Virus record (IMG/VR): IMGVR_UViG_3300032294_001228
Span: 32,001-96,000 of that record
DNA: 64,000 nt
Reading direction: 5' to 3' (one strand)
Source of the DNA: a virus
In this document: piece after piece, positions 48,183 to 58,367 of the stretch
Position numbering within the stretch: the stretch's first letter is position 1
Layout: every line of letters begins with the position of its first letter
Made by a program: the position numbers and the translations under genes
Notes under the pieces: model-generated
The model's database searches: none
Seen by the model: only the letters and a program-made list of their open reading frames with translations
What the model was told of the DNA's origin: nothing

Positions 48183-50492
48183 ATGGCAGATACTACCTAT
48201 ACCTTAATATTAGAACAATCCGGAATTAAAGCATTTACTATGCCAGATGGATTTTTCCCAGATGTTGAAATATACTGCTGGGGAGCAGGTGGCGGTACTG
48301 GATGGGGAGGTGCCTCGGGAGGTGGTGGTGGCTATGCCAAAACCACAGCTAACATAAATCCTGGAGATGAAGTTACTTTACAAATAGGTCAACCCGGAAG
48401 CAATGCTCCAGCAGCAACAGGTGTAGGTGGCGCGGGCGGACTAGATACTACGTATCGAAATTTCCGAGGTGGTAATGGAGGTGCGAGAGGTACATGGTGC
48501 GGACAAAATGGTGGTCCTTATCCTAGCGGTGGAGGTGGAGGTGCTAGTTTTGTTGCTATCGACGGATCATTTGTCTGCGTAGCCGCAGGTGGAGGCGGAG
48601 GTAGTGGATATGGTCACAATAATGTAAAATATCCAGGTTTACCGGGCGGCAGTTGGGATGGATTAGCGCCAGATTTTAGAGGTCAAGATGCTGCATATGG
48701 CGGTGGAGGTGGTGGCGGATATCCGCGAGGTGGTGCCGCAGGTACAGTTAGCGGACATACTGTAACACGTGGTAGTGGTGGTCAAAACTACGGAGATACA
48801 ACTATTGCAGGCAGCGGAAGTTTAGGTGCTGGTAAAAATATAAGTTTATATCCGGGAGATAAAATCGGAGATGCTGGCTATCCTGGTTATATTGCGTTAA
48901 GATTGCGCAAGAAATTTAATGCATTTATTAAAGATGCCGATGGTTCAGGCGATTGGGTTAACTTAGAATCTGCTTATTTTAAATTACCAACACAATCAAT
49001 TAGTGTATCACAAACATCAGAAAGTCAAACATTAACTTATAATTCAGTAGGAACTAACACATTTACAGTACCTGCAGGAGTAACATCAATCCAGGTGGCT
49101 GTTATCGGAGGTGGTGGAGGTGGTGGATTCCCATCATCTGGACAAAGCGGATTCTCTCAAGGTGGAGGTGGTGGCGGAGGTGGTTCTGGTGGATTATCCT
49201 CAGGAATAATATCGGTTACCCCTGGAGAAACATTAACCGTTACTGTTGGAGCTGGCGGTGCTGCTGGACCTGGGATAAGTGGCACTCTAGGCAATCCTGG
49301 TGGCACCGGTGGAACTTCATCAGTTAACAGATCATCTACTACATTACTCAGTGCCTCAGGTGGTGCGGGTGGAAGAGGTGGTCAAGGTAATCCTAATACT
49401 GGTGGCGCAGGTGGTGCGGGTGGAACTGGAACTACATCAAATGGTAATTCGGGATCTGCAGGCACAGCAGCCGGAGGTGGTGGATTATCGTCAGGTGGAA
49501 CCGGTGCTAGTTCAAGTTCGGGTGGTGCGGGAGGATCTGCAGGATTATTTCCAACCGCTGGAGGAACAGGGGGAACAGGTGCTGGTGGAGGTGGTGGATC
49601 AAGTTCTGGATTTAATCCTAATGATGTCGAAACATCAGCCGGCGCTGGCGGCGCTGGTAGAGTTACGATTTCTTATACTCCTGCTCCTTTTAATGTTACC
49701 ATAGTGACGGGTGGGTGGAAACAAATTCAGCAGGCATTTATCAAAGTAAACAATTTTTGGAAGCCTATCCTAACTGATACAACTATTGACTTATATAATT
49801 ACCCAGCCAAACGTATCAAAGCCAATATTGTAATTAGCTCAGATACCAGCGATTATAATCTGTTTAATAATGTACCAGTGTCTTACTTTGAAGGACTAAT
49901 GGATATTGATGTTTGGGTGTTGCCGGGTGTTGAAATAACTGGTAATGCATCAGGCACAGCCTTTACTGTTTCAGGGTTTACGGAAGGTGATCGTATTACC
50001 TTACGCAATTATGGTTATCTAGCAGGTCGTGGAGGCCAAGGTGGTAACGGTGGTTATCGTTATACTGTTAATAAAAGCACATCTACCGCCCCACCGTCAG
50101 CAGGCAGTAACGGTGGCACCGGATTATTACTTAACTACCCAATTACCTTAATAAATAATGGTAATATTGCGGGTGGCGGTGGCGGTGGTGGAGGTGGCTC
50201 AGTAACTACATTTAGTTCTGGTAAAAGTACTTCGTTTAATAACGGTGGTACAGGTGGTGGTGGCGCTGGATTTGGTGTAGGATTTAATAATGGTACACTT
50301 ACATCAGGTGGTGCAGGACAATCTGCTGCAGGCGGTGGTGATGGTGGAGCTGGTGGTGCTAGAGGTCAGAACGGTGGAAATGGTGGTGGTGGCGGTGGCG
50401 GTGCAGGTGGAAGGGCAGGTCCTGCAATACAAGGCTCATTAAATTTAGTACCAGGTTCAATTCTAGGATCGTATTTTGGGGGTCTAGGTTAA
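48183..50492 (+). CDS. Large glycine-rich virion/adhesin-like protein
   Basis: Three Gly-rich domains; TFTVPAGVTSIQVAVIGGGGGG; last domain N.G.IAGGGGGG resembles T-even gp38-type adhesins. Confidence 0.65.
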   Translation: MADTTYTLILEQSGIKAFTMPDGFFPDVEIYCWGAGGGTGWGGASGGGGGYAKTTANINPGDEVTLQIGQPGSNAPAATGVGGAGGLDTTYRNFRGGNGGARGTWCGQNGGPYPSGGGGGASFVAIDGSFVCVAAGGGGGSGYGHNNVKYPGLPGGSWDGLAPDFRGQDAAYGGGGGGGYPRGGAAGTVSGHTVTRGSGGQNYGDTTIAGSGSLGAGKNISLYPGDKIGDAGYPGYIALRLRKKFNAFIKDADGSGDWVNLESAYFKLPTQSISVSQTSESQTLTYNSVGTNTFTVPAGVTSIQVAVIGGGGGGGFPSSGQSGFSQGGGGGGGGSGGLSSGIISVTPGETLTVTVGAGGAAGPGISGTLGNPGGTGGTSSVNRSSTTLLSASGGAGGRGGQGNPNTGGAGGAGGTGTTSNGNSGSAGTAAGGGGLSSGGTGASSSSGGAGGSAGLFPTAGGTGGTGAGGGGGSSSGFNPNDVETSAGAGGAGRVTISYTPAPFNVTIVTGGWKQIQQAFIKVNNFWKPILTDTTIDLYNYPAKRIKANIVISSDTSDYNLFNNVPVSYFEGLMDIDVWVLPGVEITGNASGTAFTVSGFTEGDRITLRNYGYLAGRGGQGGNGGYRYTVNKSTSTAPPSAGSNGGTGLLLNYPITLINNGNIAGGGGGGGGGSVTTFSSGKSTSFNNGGTGGGGAGFGVGFNNGTLTSGGAGQSAAGGGDGGAGGARGQNGGNGGGGGGGAGGRAGPAIQGSLNLVPGSILGSYFGGLG

Positions 50493-50514
50493 AAATTATT
50501 AATAAGGATATTCA

Positions 50515-50865
50515 ATGAGTAAAATTTCAATTAAAATAACAGAAGTAGATCAGAGATCAAGATCGATCGTTGTAAAATTTGCCAGTGAACAGAGTTTAAA
50601 ACCATTAGATGATTATGATGGATTAGCATTTAATATTGCTAATTTTAATTCTGTAACACCTGAAGAATTTATAGCAAGTATAAAACCTCAATTAAGTAAA
50701 ATGGTAGCAGTTAGAGATCAAGCAGAAAGAATAGTAGAATCATTGGATCTGAGTGGTTGGATAAATTATACGACTACTGTTGACAGTATTGAAATATTCG
50801 AAGTTGATCCAGCAGTTTCTCAACAAATCTTGATAGGTTTGGCTAATCCGGAAGTAGTCTTATGA
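50515..50865 (+). CDS. Hypothetical protein
   Basis: AAGGA RBS, in-operon. Confidence 0.65.
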   Translation: MSKISIKITEVDQRSRSIVVKFASEQSLKPLDDYDGLAFNIANFNSVTPEEFIASIKPQLSKMVAVRDQAERIVESLDLSGWINYTTTVDSIEIFEVDPAVSQQILIGLANPEVVL

Positions 50866-51374
50866 TCTTAAATAATAGTGTGAACGCAGGCAATTTTATC
50901 TACTGTATGGCCTATTTTGGTCCACACGAAACCAACACCTATCTCAATGATGGTGATGGACATTATCATCAATTCATTTATATCGTAGAAGGTCGCGGCA
51001 GTGGTACTATAACAGCTACACCCGACGGTGAAGTTATACGATATGAAGATGGAGATAGTCAAGGTCAATTAATTGATCTAAGTCCGGCTAAAGGATACTA
51101 TCATACAACTAAAACACAAGACGTTAGCCTAACAACTATAATGTTTAATCCAATACCTGCATCTAGGATATTGGATGTAGAAATAGTCAAAGGTCCTATA
51201 ATCAAAACAGCCGCCGCTACAGATAAAAGAGTTACTGTGGTCTGCATTACTGGTCCAATTACTGCCAATGATAAAACTCTGGTAAGCCTACAACATGCCA
51301 AAATATTTCCAGGTAAAACTGCTGAACTAAACCTACCAGAAAACACAGTCTGCGCCCTAGTGTCTGATAAGTAA
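50862..51374 (+). CDS. Hypothetical protein (possible cupin-like)
   Basis: GHYHQFIYIVEG.G. Confidence 0.55.
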   Translation: MILNNSVNAGNFIYCMAYFGPHETNTYLNDGDGHYHQFIYIVEGRGSGTITATPDGEVIRYEDGDSQGQLIDLSPAKGYYHTTKTQDVSLTTIMFNPIPASRILDVEIVKGPIIKTAAATDKRVTVVCITGPITANDKTLVSLQHAKIFPGKTAELNLPENTVCALVSDK

Positions 51375-51404
51375 TTATATACATACTTTATTCAGGGCGA
51401 TCCA

Positions 51405-52643
51405 ATGGAACAATACGTAGTTACAGGTATAGGCATCTACAATAGCCTTGGCAAATCAGCTGAAGAAAGTTGGCGTAACCTACTAGCAGGTCAGTCAGCA
51501 GTTGGTCAAATCTCGTGGCCTGCGGATGATCCTACATCATATCCAGCAACATACTCTAGCGTAGCTAAAACACGTATTGCTGCCCCAGCTACAAAACTCA
51601 CAGAAGATGACCTACACCCAGAACATTTTGACTATGGTTGGCGACATTGGGATCCTAATACTCGTGCTTGCTTGATGAGTGTTGATGAAGCAGTGCGTGA
51701 CAGTGGACTAGCATCGAAACGTGCCGGTGTTATCATTACTACTTTTGGTAGTGGAACAAGCCTAAGATTAGATTTGTTTAATGCTATAGACAAGGGTCGC
51801 ACCAAATATCCTCCACGTAAAGTATTAAATATCGGGCTAGATTTTCCTGCCGCACAGGTAGCGGCTATCTATGGATTCAGTGGTACAAATACTGCTATGG
51901 ACAGTGCCTGCACTACAGGTATAACATCAATCGATTATGCTATCACCAGTCTCAAAGCAGACCCTAACCTAGATGCAATGATAGTAGGTGGTGCAGATCA
52001 TCTATGCGAACCTATTAATATATTTTGGTTCCAAAGCCTCGGCGCATTATGTCCTAGTGACAATCCCCAAGACAATCGTCCATTTGATGTTAACCGCAGT
52101 GGTTTCGTCATGGGAGAAGGTGCAGCTACTATGGTTATTGAGCCGCTAAGTAAAGCCCAAGCCCGTGGTGCTAAAATCTACGGTGCTATCCTCAGCACAA
52201 ACTTATACACATTGTTTGACAGCGACACCAGTCCAGATCCCACAGGTATTGGCGCACGTACCTGTGTGCAAGGTGCACTTGATAAAGCAGGCATCACAGC
52301 CAATGATGTAGACTTTGTTAACGCTCATGCTACCAGTACACCTGTCGGTGATGAAATAGAATTTAATGCCATGGCCAGCTTAACACCAGGTCGCACCATG
52401 GTTAGTAATAAAGGACAAATTGGACATAGTATGAGCACTGCTGGTATAGTTGAAACTATCTATACCCTACAAGGCATGCGTGATAGTCAAGTTCCAGGTA
52501 ATGCAAACCTAATAGATCCACTAGGTCACGGTATGACTCTACCCACAGAATCAGTAGAATTAGATGTTAAATACGCTATAAAGAATAGTTTTGGATTTGG
52601 AGGAAGAAATGCCAGCATGGTTCTCGCTAGAATGGATAGCTAG
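51405..52643 (+). CDS. fabF: Beta-ketoacyl-ACP synthase II-like
   Basis: VVTGIG, catalytic DSAC, RPFD..RSGFVMGEGA, NAHATST..GD, K..IGH, NSFGFGG.N. Confidence 0.9.
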   Translation: MEQYVVTGIGIYNSLGKSAEESWRNLLAGQSAVGQISWPADDPTSYPATYSSVAKTRIAAPATKLTEDDLHPEHFDYGWRHWDPNTRACLMSVDEAVRDSGLASKRAGVIITTFGSGTSLRLDLFNAIDKGRTKYPPRKVLNIGLDFPAAQVAAIYGFSGTNTAMDSACTTGITSIDYAITSLKADPNLDAMIVGGADHLCEPINIFWFQSLGALCPSDNPQDNRPFDVNRSGFVMGEGAATMVIEPLSKAQARGAKIYGAILSTNLYTLFDSDTSPDPTGIGARTCVQGALDKAGITANDVDFVNAHATSTPVGDEIEFNAMASLTPGRTMVSNKGQIGHSMSTAGIVETIYTLQGMRDSQVPGNANLIDPLGHGMTLPTESVELDVKYAIKNSFGFGGRNASMVLARMDS

Positions 52644-53415
52644 ACAACTAAGACCTAGTCGTTGGTTTGCTAGCCTGATGCAGATCACTGTATTCGTTGC
52701 TATTGCCTATGCCGTAAGTCTAGATGCCGCATGGTATTGGTGGGCAGGCACTGTATTCTTTTATCTAATCGTTTACTCGATGATTGGTAATAACATCGCC
52801 CTACACAGATATTTTACACACGGGCACTTCTCAGTCAGCCGTCCTGTTGAATGGTTATTCTTATGGACCGGCAGTATGATTGGGCTTGGTGAGCCTTTAA
52901 GTTATGCTATGACTCATGCTGTACATCACAAATACAGTGATCAACCTGGTATCGACCCTCATGGTCCTACCAACGGCAAACGTTCAATCTTTATTTGGTT
53001 CCAACGTGAAGTAGATCCTGCTAAGACTCCTATCGTTAGTAAACATATCGTGGGATTAAGTCGTAAGTGGGGGTGGTTACATCGTTTTTATGTTCCATTT
53101 GTAGTAGTTAACGCCGCTATACTTTATCTGATAGATCCTTATGTATTCTTGTTCCTATGGTTGATACCAGCTGGTATCGCCTGTTGGGGCATTGGCTGGG
53201 CAGTATGGCGTCAACATTGGCACAGAACTCCGAACAATAGTCCATTGCATCGATGGGATTGGGTCTATGAAGGCCTACACTTAAATCATCATGATTGGCC
53301 TATGGCTCCTAATACTGCTGTGCGTCCTGGGGAAATAGATTGGACTCATGAATTCAGCAAGATATTCAGACCTAAATTCAATTGGCAAGGACAACCTACA
53401 GATGTCAAAGAATAA
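52609..53415 (+). CDS. Membrane fatty-acid desaturase (delta-9-like)
   Basis: His boxes HRYFTH, HAVHH, HLNHH; DPHGP; start uncertain. Confidence 0.88.
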   Translation: MPAWFSLEWIARQLRPSRWFASLMQITVFVAIAYAVSLDAAWYWWAGTVFFYLIVYSMIGNNIALHRYFTHGHFSVSRPVEWLFLWTGSMIGLGEPLSYAMTHAVHHKYSDQPGIDPHGPTNGKRSIFIWFQREVDPAKTPIVSKHIVGLSRKWGWLHRFYVPFVVVNAAILYLIDPYVFLFLWLIPAGIACWGIGWAVWRQHWHRTPNNSPLHRWDWVYEGLHLNHHDWPMAPNTAVRPGEIDWTHEFSKIFRPKFNWQGQPTDVKE

Positions 53416-54139
53416 GTGGATCCTACAACCTAACTACGTATGGATGACACTCATGCAGGTCATGCTACCTGTGTACGTTTATCTTGCGTGGGGTGCTGAA
53501 CTGCACTGGTGGTTACTGGCTTTTGTATTCTATTTCCTATATCTCTGTATCGGCAACAATATTGGCATGCATCGCTACTATAGCCACAGATACTTTGAGA
53601 TGAGTAAACCTGTAGAATACTTTGTAGCTTGGTGTGCGTTTATGGCCTGCTTGGGTAGTCCACTGAGCTATGTAAACATACACAATGTCCATCACAAACA
53701 CAATGACACTGGATTAGATCCACATGGTCGCCAACGTGGATGGAAGTCAGTGCTGTTTTGGTATCACAAACATCTATGGCCCTGTGATATGATATTCACA
53801 CGTAATCTACTAAAACTAACAGCACGTTATAAACTGTTACATGATTACTATTGGTTATGGGTATTTGGCTGTGCTGGTTTGATGTATGTCCTAGGTGGAT
53901 GGAATGTCCTATTATTCTGTTGGTTATTGCCTGCTAGTTTAACATTATGGGCCGTGGCATTTGTTCTATTATTACAACACGACAATGCGGGTCCTAGCAA
54001 CACACGAGCATACATGTGGTTTGGCTTTGGGGAAACATGGCACAAAAATCATCATGACGATCCTAGTTTAGTCGATCATAGTCTAGGCCAAGGTGTAGAC
54101 TGGACCTACAAAATAACAAGGATCTTGGCAAAAAAATGA
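53402..54139 (+). CDS. Membrane fatty-acid desaturase (delta-9-like), second copy
   Basis: HRYYSH, HNVHH, GETWHKNHH. Confidence 0.9.
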   Translation: MSKNKWILQPNYVWMTLMQVMLPVYVYLAWGAELHWWLLAFVFYFLYLCIGNNIGMHRYYSHRYFEMSKPVEYFVAWCAFMACLGSPLSYVNIHNVHHKHNDTGLDPHGRQRGWKSVLFWYHKHLWPCDMIFTRNLLKLTARYKLLHDYYWLWVFGCAGLMYVLGGWNVLLFCWLLPASLTLWAVAFVLLLQHDNAGPSNTRAYMWFGFGETWHKNHHDDPSLVDHSLGQGVDWTYKITRILAKK

Positions 54140-54783
54140 TTATAGGTATTACCGGAGATAGTATTGGTATTGGTAAGGCATTAAAAGACAAGTTCATTGA
54201 ACAAGGACATATAGTTAAAGGATTTAGTCGTTCCAATGGATATGATGTGTCAGATGCAAAAATTCAAAACAAAATCATCGAACAAATAGTAGATTGTGAC
54301 ATTTTTATTAATAATGCTTATGCAGGACATGCACAAGCCGCAATGTTGACAAAATTAATAACTTTATGGAAAGATACAGACAAATTAATAGTCAACATGA
54401 ACAGCAAGGTTGCTCTTGCTCCACCAGTGCATCACCCAAAAATACAAAAGCAATCGAAACAGATTCAAGATTTTTTTGCTGACTATTACATAAACAAAAC
54501 AACACAGAATCAAATTATTGCCAACACATTGTTTATGGCATCACCAAAAATATTAAATGTGTTTTGTGGATTTGTTGATACTAAATCTGCGGAATTTTTT
54601 AAATCACCTAATAAATTAACAGCCATTGATGTGGCTGAACTACTTTTAGATCTCATCAAGTATAAAGATAGAATATATATTCAACAGATTACATTTGACG
54701 CGGTGGGTATTGATTATAATACTGTAGATTATGATTTTGATGCTATAATAACGTGGGGTTTACGTAACAAGTCAAATATATGA
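54136..54783 (+). CDS. Short-chain dehydrogenase/reductase
   Basis: ITGDSIGIGKA, INNA, YxxxK (YYINK). Confidence 0.8.
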   Translation: MIIGITGDSIGIGKALKDKFIEQGHIVKGFSRSNGYDVSDAKIQNKIIEQIVDCDIFINNAYAGHAQAAMLTKLITLWKDTDKLIVNMNSKVALAPPVHHPKIQKQSKQIQDFFADYYINKTTQNQIIANTLFMASPKILNVFCGFVDTKSAEFFKSPNKLTAIDVAELLLDLIKYKDRIYIQQITFDAVGIDYNTVDYDFDAIITWGLRNKSNI

Positions 54784-55400
54784 ACAGTTTTATCCAAGTC
54801 AAAGAAACCCAACTAGATTTAGAACGCCTTAAACGTGATGCTCGCAGGATCAATAACAAAGTCTGTCGGCAACTAGGCCATCTAGAAGTTCCCGGCGATA
54901 CAGCATATCAATCAACCCTCAAAGCTCAATTAGATGCAGCTCCTATGAGTAGCCGGTTACACGACTACTATAACGTGTTCTCATTTCCCTACGATGGTAT
55001 CAATGAATTATACAGGGAAGTATGTGCGTTCTTCAAAGAAATCTGTGAATATGATCAACCCTACTATATACACGCTTGGTTAAATTACCTACAAAAAGAT
55101 GATAGTGTGCCCTGGCATAACCATTGGGGTGCTCTAAGCGGACTTACACAGACCTATGTTTGTAGTGCTTATATTAACGCAGAACCCAGCAATACCATAT
55201 ATAAATTTCCAGATGGGCACGTTTACGAAATAGAGAATCGCAACAATACTATAACCTTATATGAAGACATAGGTGACACACATATGGTAGAACCCTGGAC
55301 TGGTGATGAACCCAGGATCACTATCAGCATGGATATGGTGCCTATGAAATACATACAAGGAACGCCATTTTTACTCAATACTTGGATGCCTGTAGTATAA
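54780..55400 (+). CDS. Putative 2OG-Fe(II) oxygenase
   Basis: AWLNY...WHNH...H.VEP...PRITISMD. Confidence 0.65.
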   Translation: MNSFIQVKETQLDLERLKRDARRINNKVCRQLGHLEVPGDTAYQSTLKAQLDAAPMSSRLHDYYNVFSFPYDGINELYREVCAFFKEICEYDQPYYIHAWLNYLQKDDSVPWHNHWGALSGLTQTYVCSAYINAEPSNTIYKFPDGHVYEIENRNNTITLYEDIGDTHMVEPWTGDEPRITISMDMVPMKYIQGTPFLLNTWMPVV

Positions 55401-55430
55401 ATAATACTAGTATATAATTAAGGACTTAGA

Positions 55431-56144
55431 ATGAAACGACTAGTATTAGCATTAAGCCTATTTTTAAGCGCAACGGCTTGGGCAGGCATCAATCAAACGT
55501 GTGGGCAATTCACAGCCGCAGGGGTACCACAATACTCACCCAAAACAGGTGATCAAGAGATCTGCCATAAGAATTATGCTGTTATCCATAGTTGTGCTGT
55601 AAAAGCACCTATCGCAGTATTCGAGCACTTGACACCAGCGGCCATGTCAGGAACAGCAACACGCAAAGACGACTTCCGTCCGGATCCACAGGTAACATTT
55701 GCTTGTTCAGCTAGTTTAGCGGACTATGCTTCTGTAGGTAAGACACACGATCGTGGACACATGAGTCCAGCCAAAAATAACACTATCAATCCAGAAATTA
55801 TGAGTGAAAGTTTCTTTTTGAGCAATATGGTTCCACAGGTTGCTAACAACAATCGCGGTATCTGGAAACAGTTAGAAATGCAAGAACGCCAATGGGCAAC
55901 GGCTCCGGGCACAGATTTCTACATCATCTCAGGTGGTATCTATGATGCAGGACACGCTAAAACTGGTAACGGTCTAGGTATTCCTACACGCCTATATAAG
56001 ATCATCATCGAGAAAAATAGCAAGAAAGTTATGGCATACTTAATGCCCAATCAAGCACTACCAGTGGCAGATTTGCCTAAATATCAAACTACTGTGGCAG
56101 AAGTTGAAAAAGCTACAGGATTTAAATTTCAATTACCTAAATAA
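55431..56144 (+). CDS. Secreted DNA/RNA non-specific endonuclease (NucA/EndA family)
   Basis: Signal peptide; DRGH, SF.LSNMVPQ...NRGIW..LE; TATAAATA at 55396-55403. Confidence 0.9.
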   Translation: MKRLVLALSLFLSATAWAGINQTCGQFTAAGVPQYSPKTGDQEICHKNYAVIHSCAVKAPIAVFEHLTPAAMSGTATRKDDFRPDPQVTFACSASLADYASVGKTHDRGHMSPAKNNTINPEIMSESFFLSNMVPQVANNNRGIWKQLEMQERQWATAPGTDFYIISGGIYDAGHAKTGNGLGIPTRLYKIIIEKNSKKVMAYLMPNQALPVADLPKYQTTVAEVEKATGFKFQLPK

Positions 56145-56145
56145 T

Positions 56146-56517
56146 ATGACAAATACTAACGAATTTTGGGGTTATCATCTAATACTTGACTGTCGTGCTT
56201 GCCACGTGCCTAGCATACAGAGCAGAGACAACGTATATAATTGGATTAAACATCTGGTTAAAGCGATAGACATGGAGCCAATCGGTGAACCCCGCATCGA
56301 ATATACCGCCGCAGAATTTCCTGATAAAGCAGGCTTCACAGCTATACAGGTTATCGTAACATCCAGCATCGTAGCACATTTTATAGACTCAACAGGTGAT
56401 GTTTATATCGATGTGTTTAGCTGTAAAGAGTTCGATAATGCCACTGTAATAGCCAGTATCAAAGATGCATTTATGCCTCAACGCATACGCACTAACTATT
56501 TGACCCGCCAAGCATAA
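56146..56517 (+). CDS. speD: S-adenosylmethionine decarboxylase proenzyme-like
   Basis: WGYHLILD, G.TAIQVIVTSSI.AHF, YIDVFSCKEFD. Confidence 0.8.
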   Translation: MTNTNEFWGYHLILDCRACHVPSIQSRDNVYNWIKHLVKAIDMEPIGEPRIEYTAAEFPDKAGFTAIQVIVTSSIVAHFIDSTGDVYIDVFSCKEFDNATVIASIKDAFMPQRIRTNYLTRQA

Positions 56518-56552
56518 AAAGCGTATAATAGTATTTGCGATAAATACTAGAT

Positions 56553-57086
56553 ATGCGATCAAACGAACTAATCAGAGCTACAGAGAACACTAAAATCTAC
56601 CTAGACATGGATGGTGTTCTTGCAGACTTTTTTGCAGAATATGCCAAATTAGCAGGTGTAAAAAACTACAGAGATATTCCACCAGCCAGTGCGGACCCTA
56701 CACTTAATAAGATGGTAGGCACAGATTTTTTCAGCAGATTACCAAAATTCCCCACAGCAGACAGCCTAGTAAAACTAGTATTAAAATACGTGAAATCATA
56801 TGGTATATGCTCTAGTCCTTTGCGTGGTGATTTTAAAAATAGCGAACAACATAAACGTATCTGGATTAAAAATCATCTACATCCGCAACCCGCAGAAATC
56901 ATCATTACCAGTCAAAAAGAACAACACGCTGTTAATGCAGATGGTAGCCCTAATATATTGATAGATGATCGCGGTGTAAATATCGTGGCTTGGCGTGCCC
57001 GAGGCGGTATTGGTATCAAGTATCAGGCCGATGAAGACAGTTTAGATGTAGTGGCACGAGGATTAGCACATGCTTTCGGACGTTAA
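56553..57086 (+). CDS. HAD-family 5'(3')-nucleotidase-like protein
   Basis: YLDMDGVLADF, ILIDDR..N...W...GGIGI; ATAAATA at 56540-56546. Confidence 0.82.
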   Translation: MRSNELIRATENTKIYLDMDGVLADFFAEYAKLAGVKNYRDIPPASADPTLNKMVGTDFFSRLPKFPTADSLVKLVLKYVKSYGICSSPLRGDFKNSEQHKRIWIKNHLHPQPAEIIITSQKEQHAVNADGSPNILIDDRGVNIVAWRARGGIGIKYQADEDSLDVVARGLAHAFGR

Positions 57087-57822
57087 TTTATTTGAAGGTG
57101 GTAACGTTTTCAAGGATGCTAAAGGACAACCTTTAACTTCTCGTATCTCTCGTGAAAATGTAGTTGCTACTGTGCAATGGTTAGAACAATTAACTGGACT
57201 TAACCTACAAGATAATATGCTAGGGTCAACAGGTCGTGCTGAGACCTCAGGTGATTTGGATCTAGGGGTTGACAGTACCAAAGTTTCAAAAGATGTATTA
57301 ATCAAGCAATTATTAAAACGTGGTATTAAAGCCGACGACATTAAAAAATCAGGTGATGCTGTACATGTTAAAACTCCTATCCTAGGTGATGCTAATAACG
57401 GTTTCGTACAGACAGATTTCATGTTCAGCGATAATCCCACACTACAAAGTTTTAGTCTAATGGGTGGTGCAGAAGGTAGCCAGTTTAAAGGATTACATCG
57501 TGCCATACTAATGGCTAGTATTGCCAAAGCACAGAACATGAAATGGTCACCAAAGTTTGGATTAGTTGATCGCGGCACAGATGAAGTCATCACAGCAGAT
57601 CCAAAAGAGATCGCAGTGAAATTACTAGGTCAGGGTAATACCCCAAAGGATCTAACATCAGTGGAAACTATCATCAAAGCCATCAAGGATCGACCAGACT
57701 TTGAGCAATTAGTAGCAGATGCCAAAGAAAATTTCGGCCGTGACAATCTAGTATTACCAGAAAGCAGGCCTTTGCCAGGTACGGGTGCTTGGTTCCGTGC
57801 TTGGAAGAATAGGAGCATATAA
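57070..57822 (+). CDS. Pol-beta superfamily nucleotidyltransferase-like protein
   Basis: LGSTG....SGDLDLGVD, VQTDFM; LFE-GGNVF start. Confidence 0.7.
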   Translation: MLSDVNLFEGGNVFKDAKGQPLTSRISRENVVATVQWLEQLTGLNLQDNMLGSTGRAETSGDLDLGVDSTKVSKDVLIKQLLKRGIKADDIKKSGDAVHVKTPILGDANNGFVQTDFMFSDNPTLQSFSLMGGAEGSQFKGLHRAILMASIAKAQNMKWSPKFGLVDRGTDEVITADPKEIAVKLLGQGNTPKDLTSVETIIKAIKDRPDFEQLVADAKENFGRDNLVLPESRPLPGTGAWFRAWKNRSI

Positions 57823-58367
57823 TGAGAGCTAAAGATTTCATAAACAAAATTGTAGAAGCAAATTTACCACAGGCTAGGGTACCTCAGAGTAAACAACCTA
57901 AACTTAAATTATCTCCGTTAATAAAAGGATTAGTTTATCATTGGTTTTTAATATATGATGGTGCACATAATTCTACTGAGCCAGAAATAGTTGCCGATCG
58001 TGCAGGATATCTACAAGATTTAAATAAAATAACTAAAGTATTAACACAGCAAGGATTTACTATACAATGGGTTGATAATCTACCAGATCTAGGAGATGGT
58101 GGAGGCGGTGAGGGAGTTTATCTCACACACGTTGCTAGTAAGCAAAGCATGGCCATTGATCAATATGATATAGAACAAGATTTTGAGAAATTTGCAGGTC
58201 CAGCGGCTAAAGCTATCTTTGGTACTCTAGAAGAAGCGACTAAAGACGCCTGCTACCATAAAGTTAAAAGCCGCTATAAAGTTTGGCCCAGTGCTTACGC
58301 AAGTGGTGCATTAGTAAGATGTCGAAAAGTAGGTGCTAAGAATTGGGGTAATAAGAGCAAAAAATGA
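57822..58367 (+). CDS. Two-module hypothetical protein
   Basis: MRAKDFINKIVE leader; C-terminal DACYHKVKSRYKVWPSAYASGALVRCRK module after TLEE. Confidence 0.65.
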   Translation: MRAKDFINKIVEANLPQARVPQSKQPKLKLSPLIKGLVYHWFLIYDGAHNSTEPEIVADRAGYLQDLNKITKVLTQQGFTIQWVDNLPDLGDGGGGEGVYLTHVASKQSMAIDQYDIEQDFEKFAGPAAKAIFGTLEEATKDACYHKVKSRYKVWPSAYASGALVRCRKVGAKNWGNKSKK

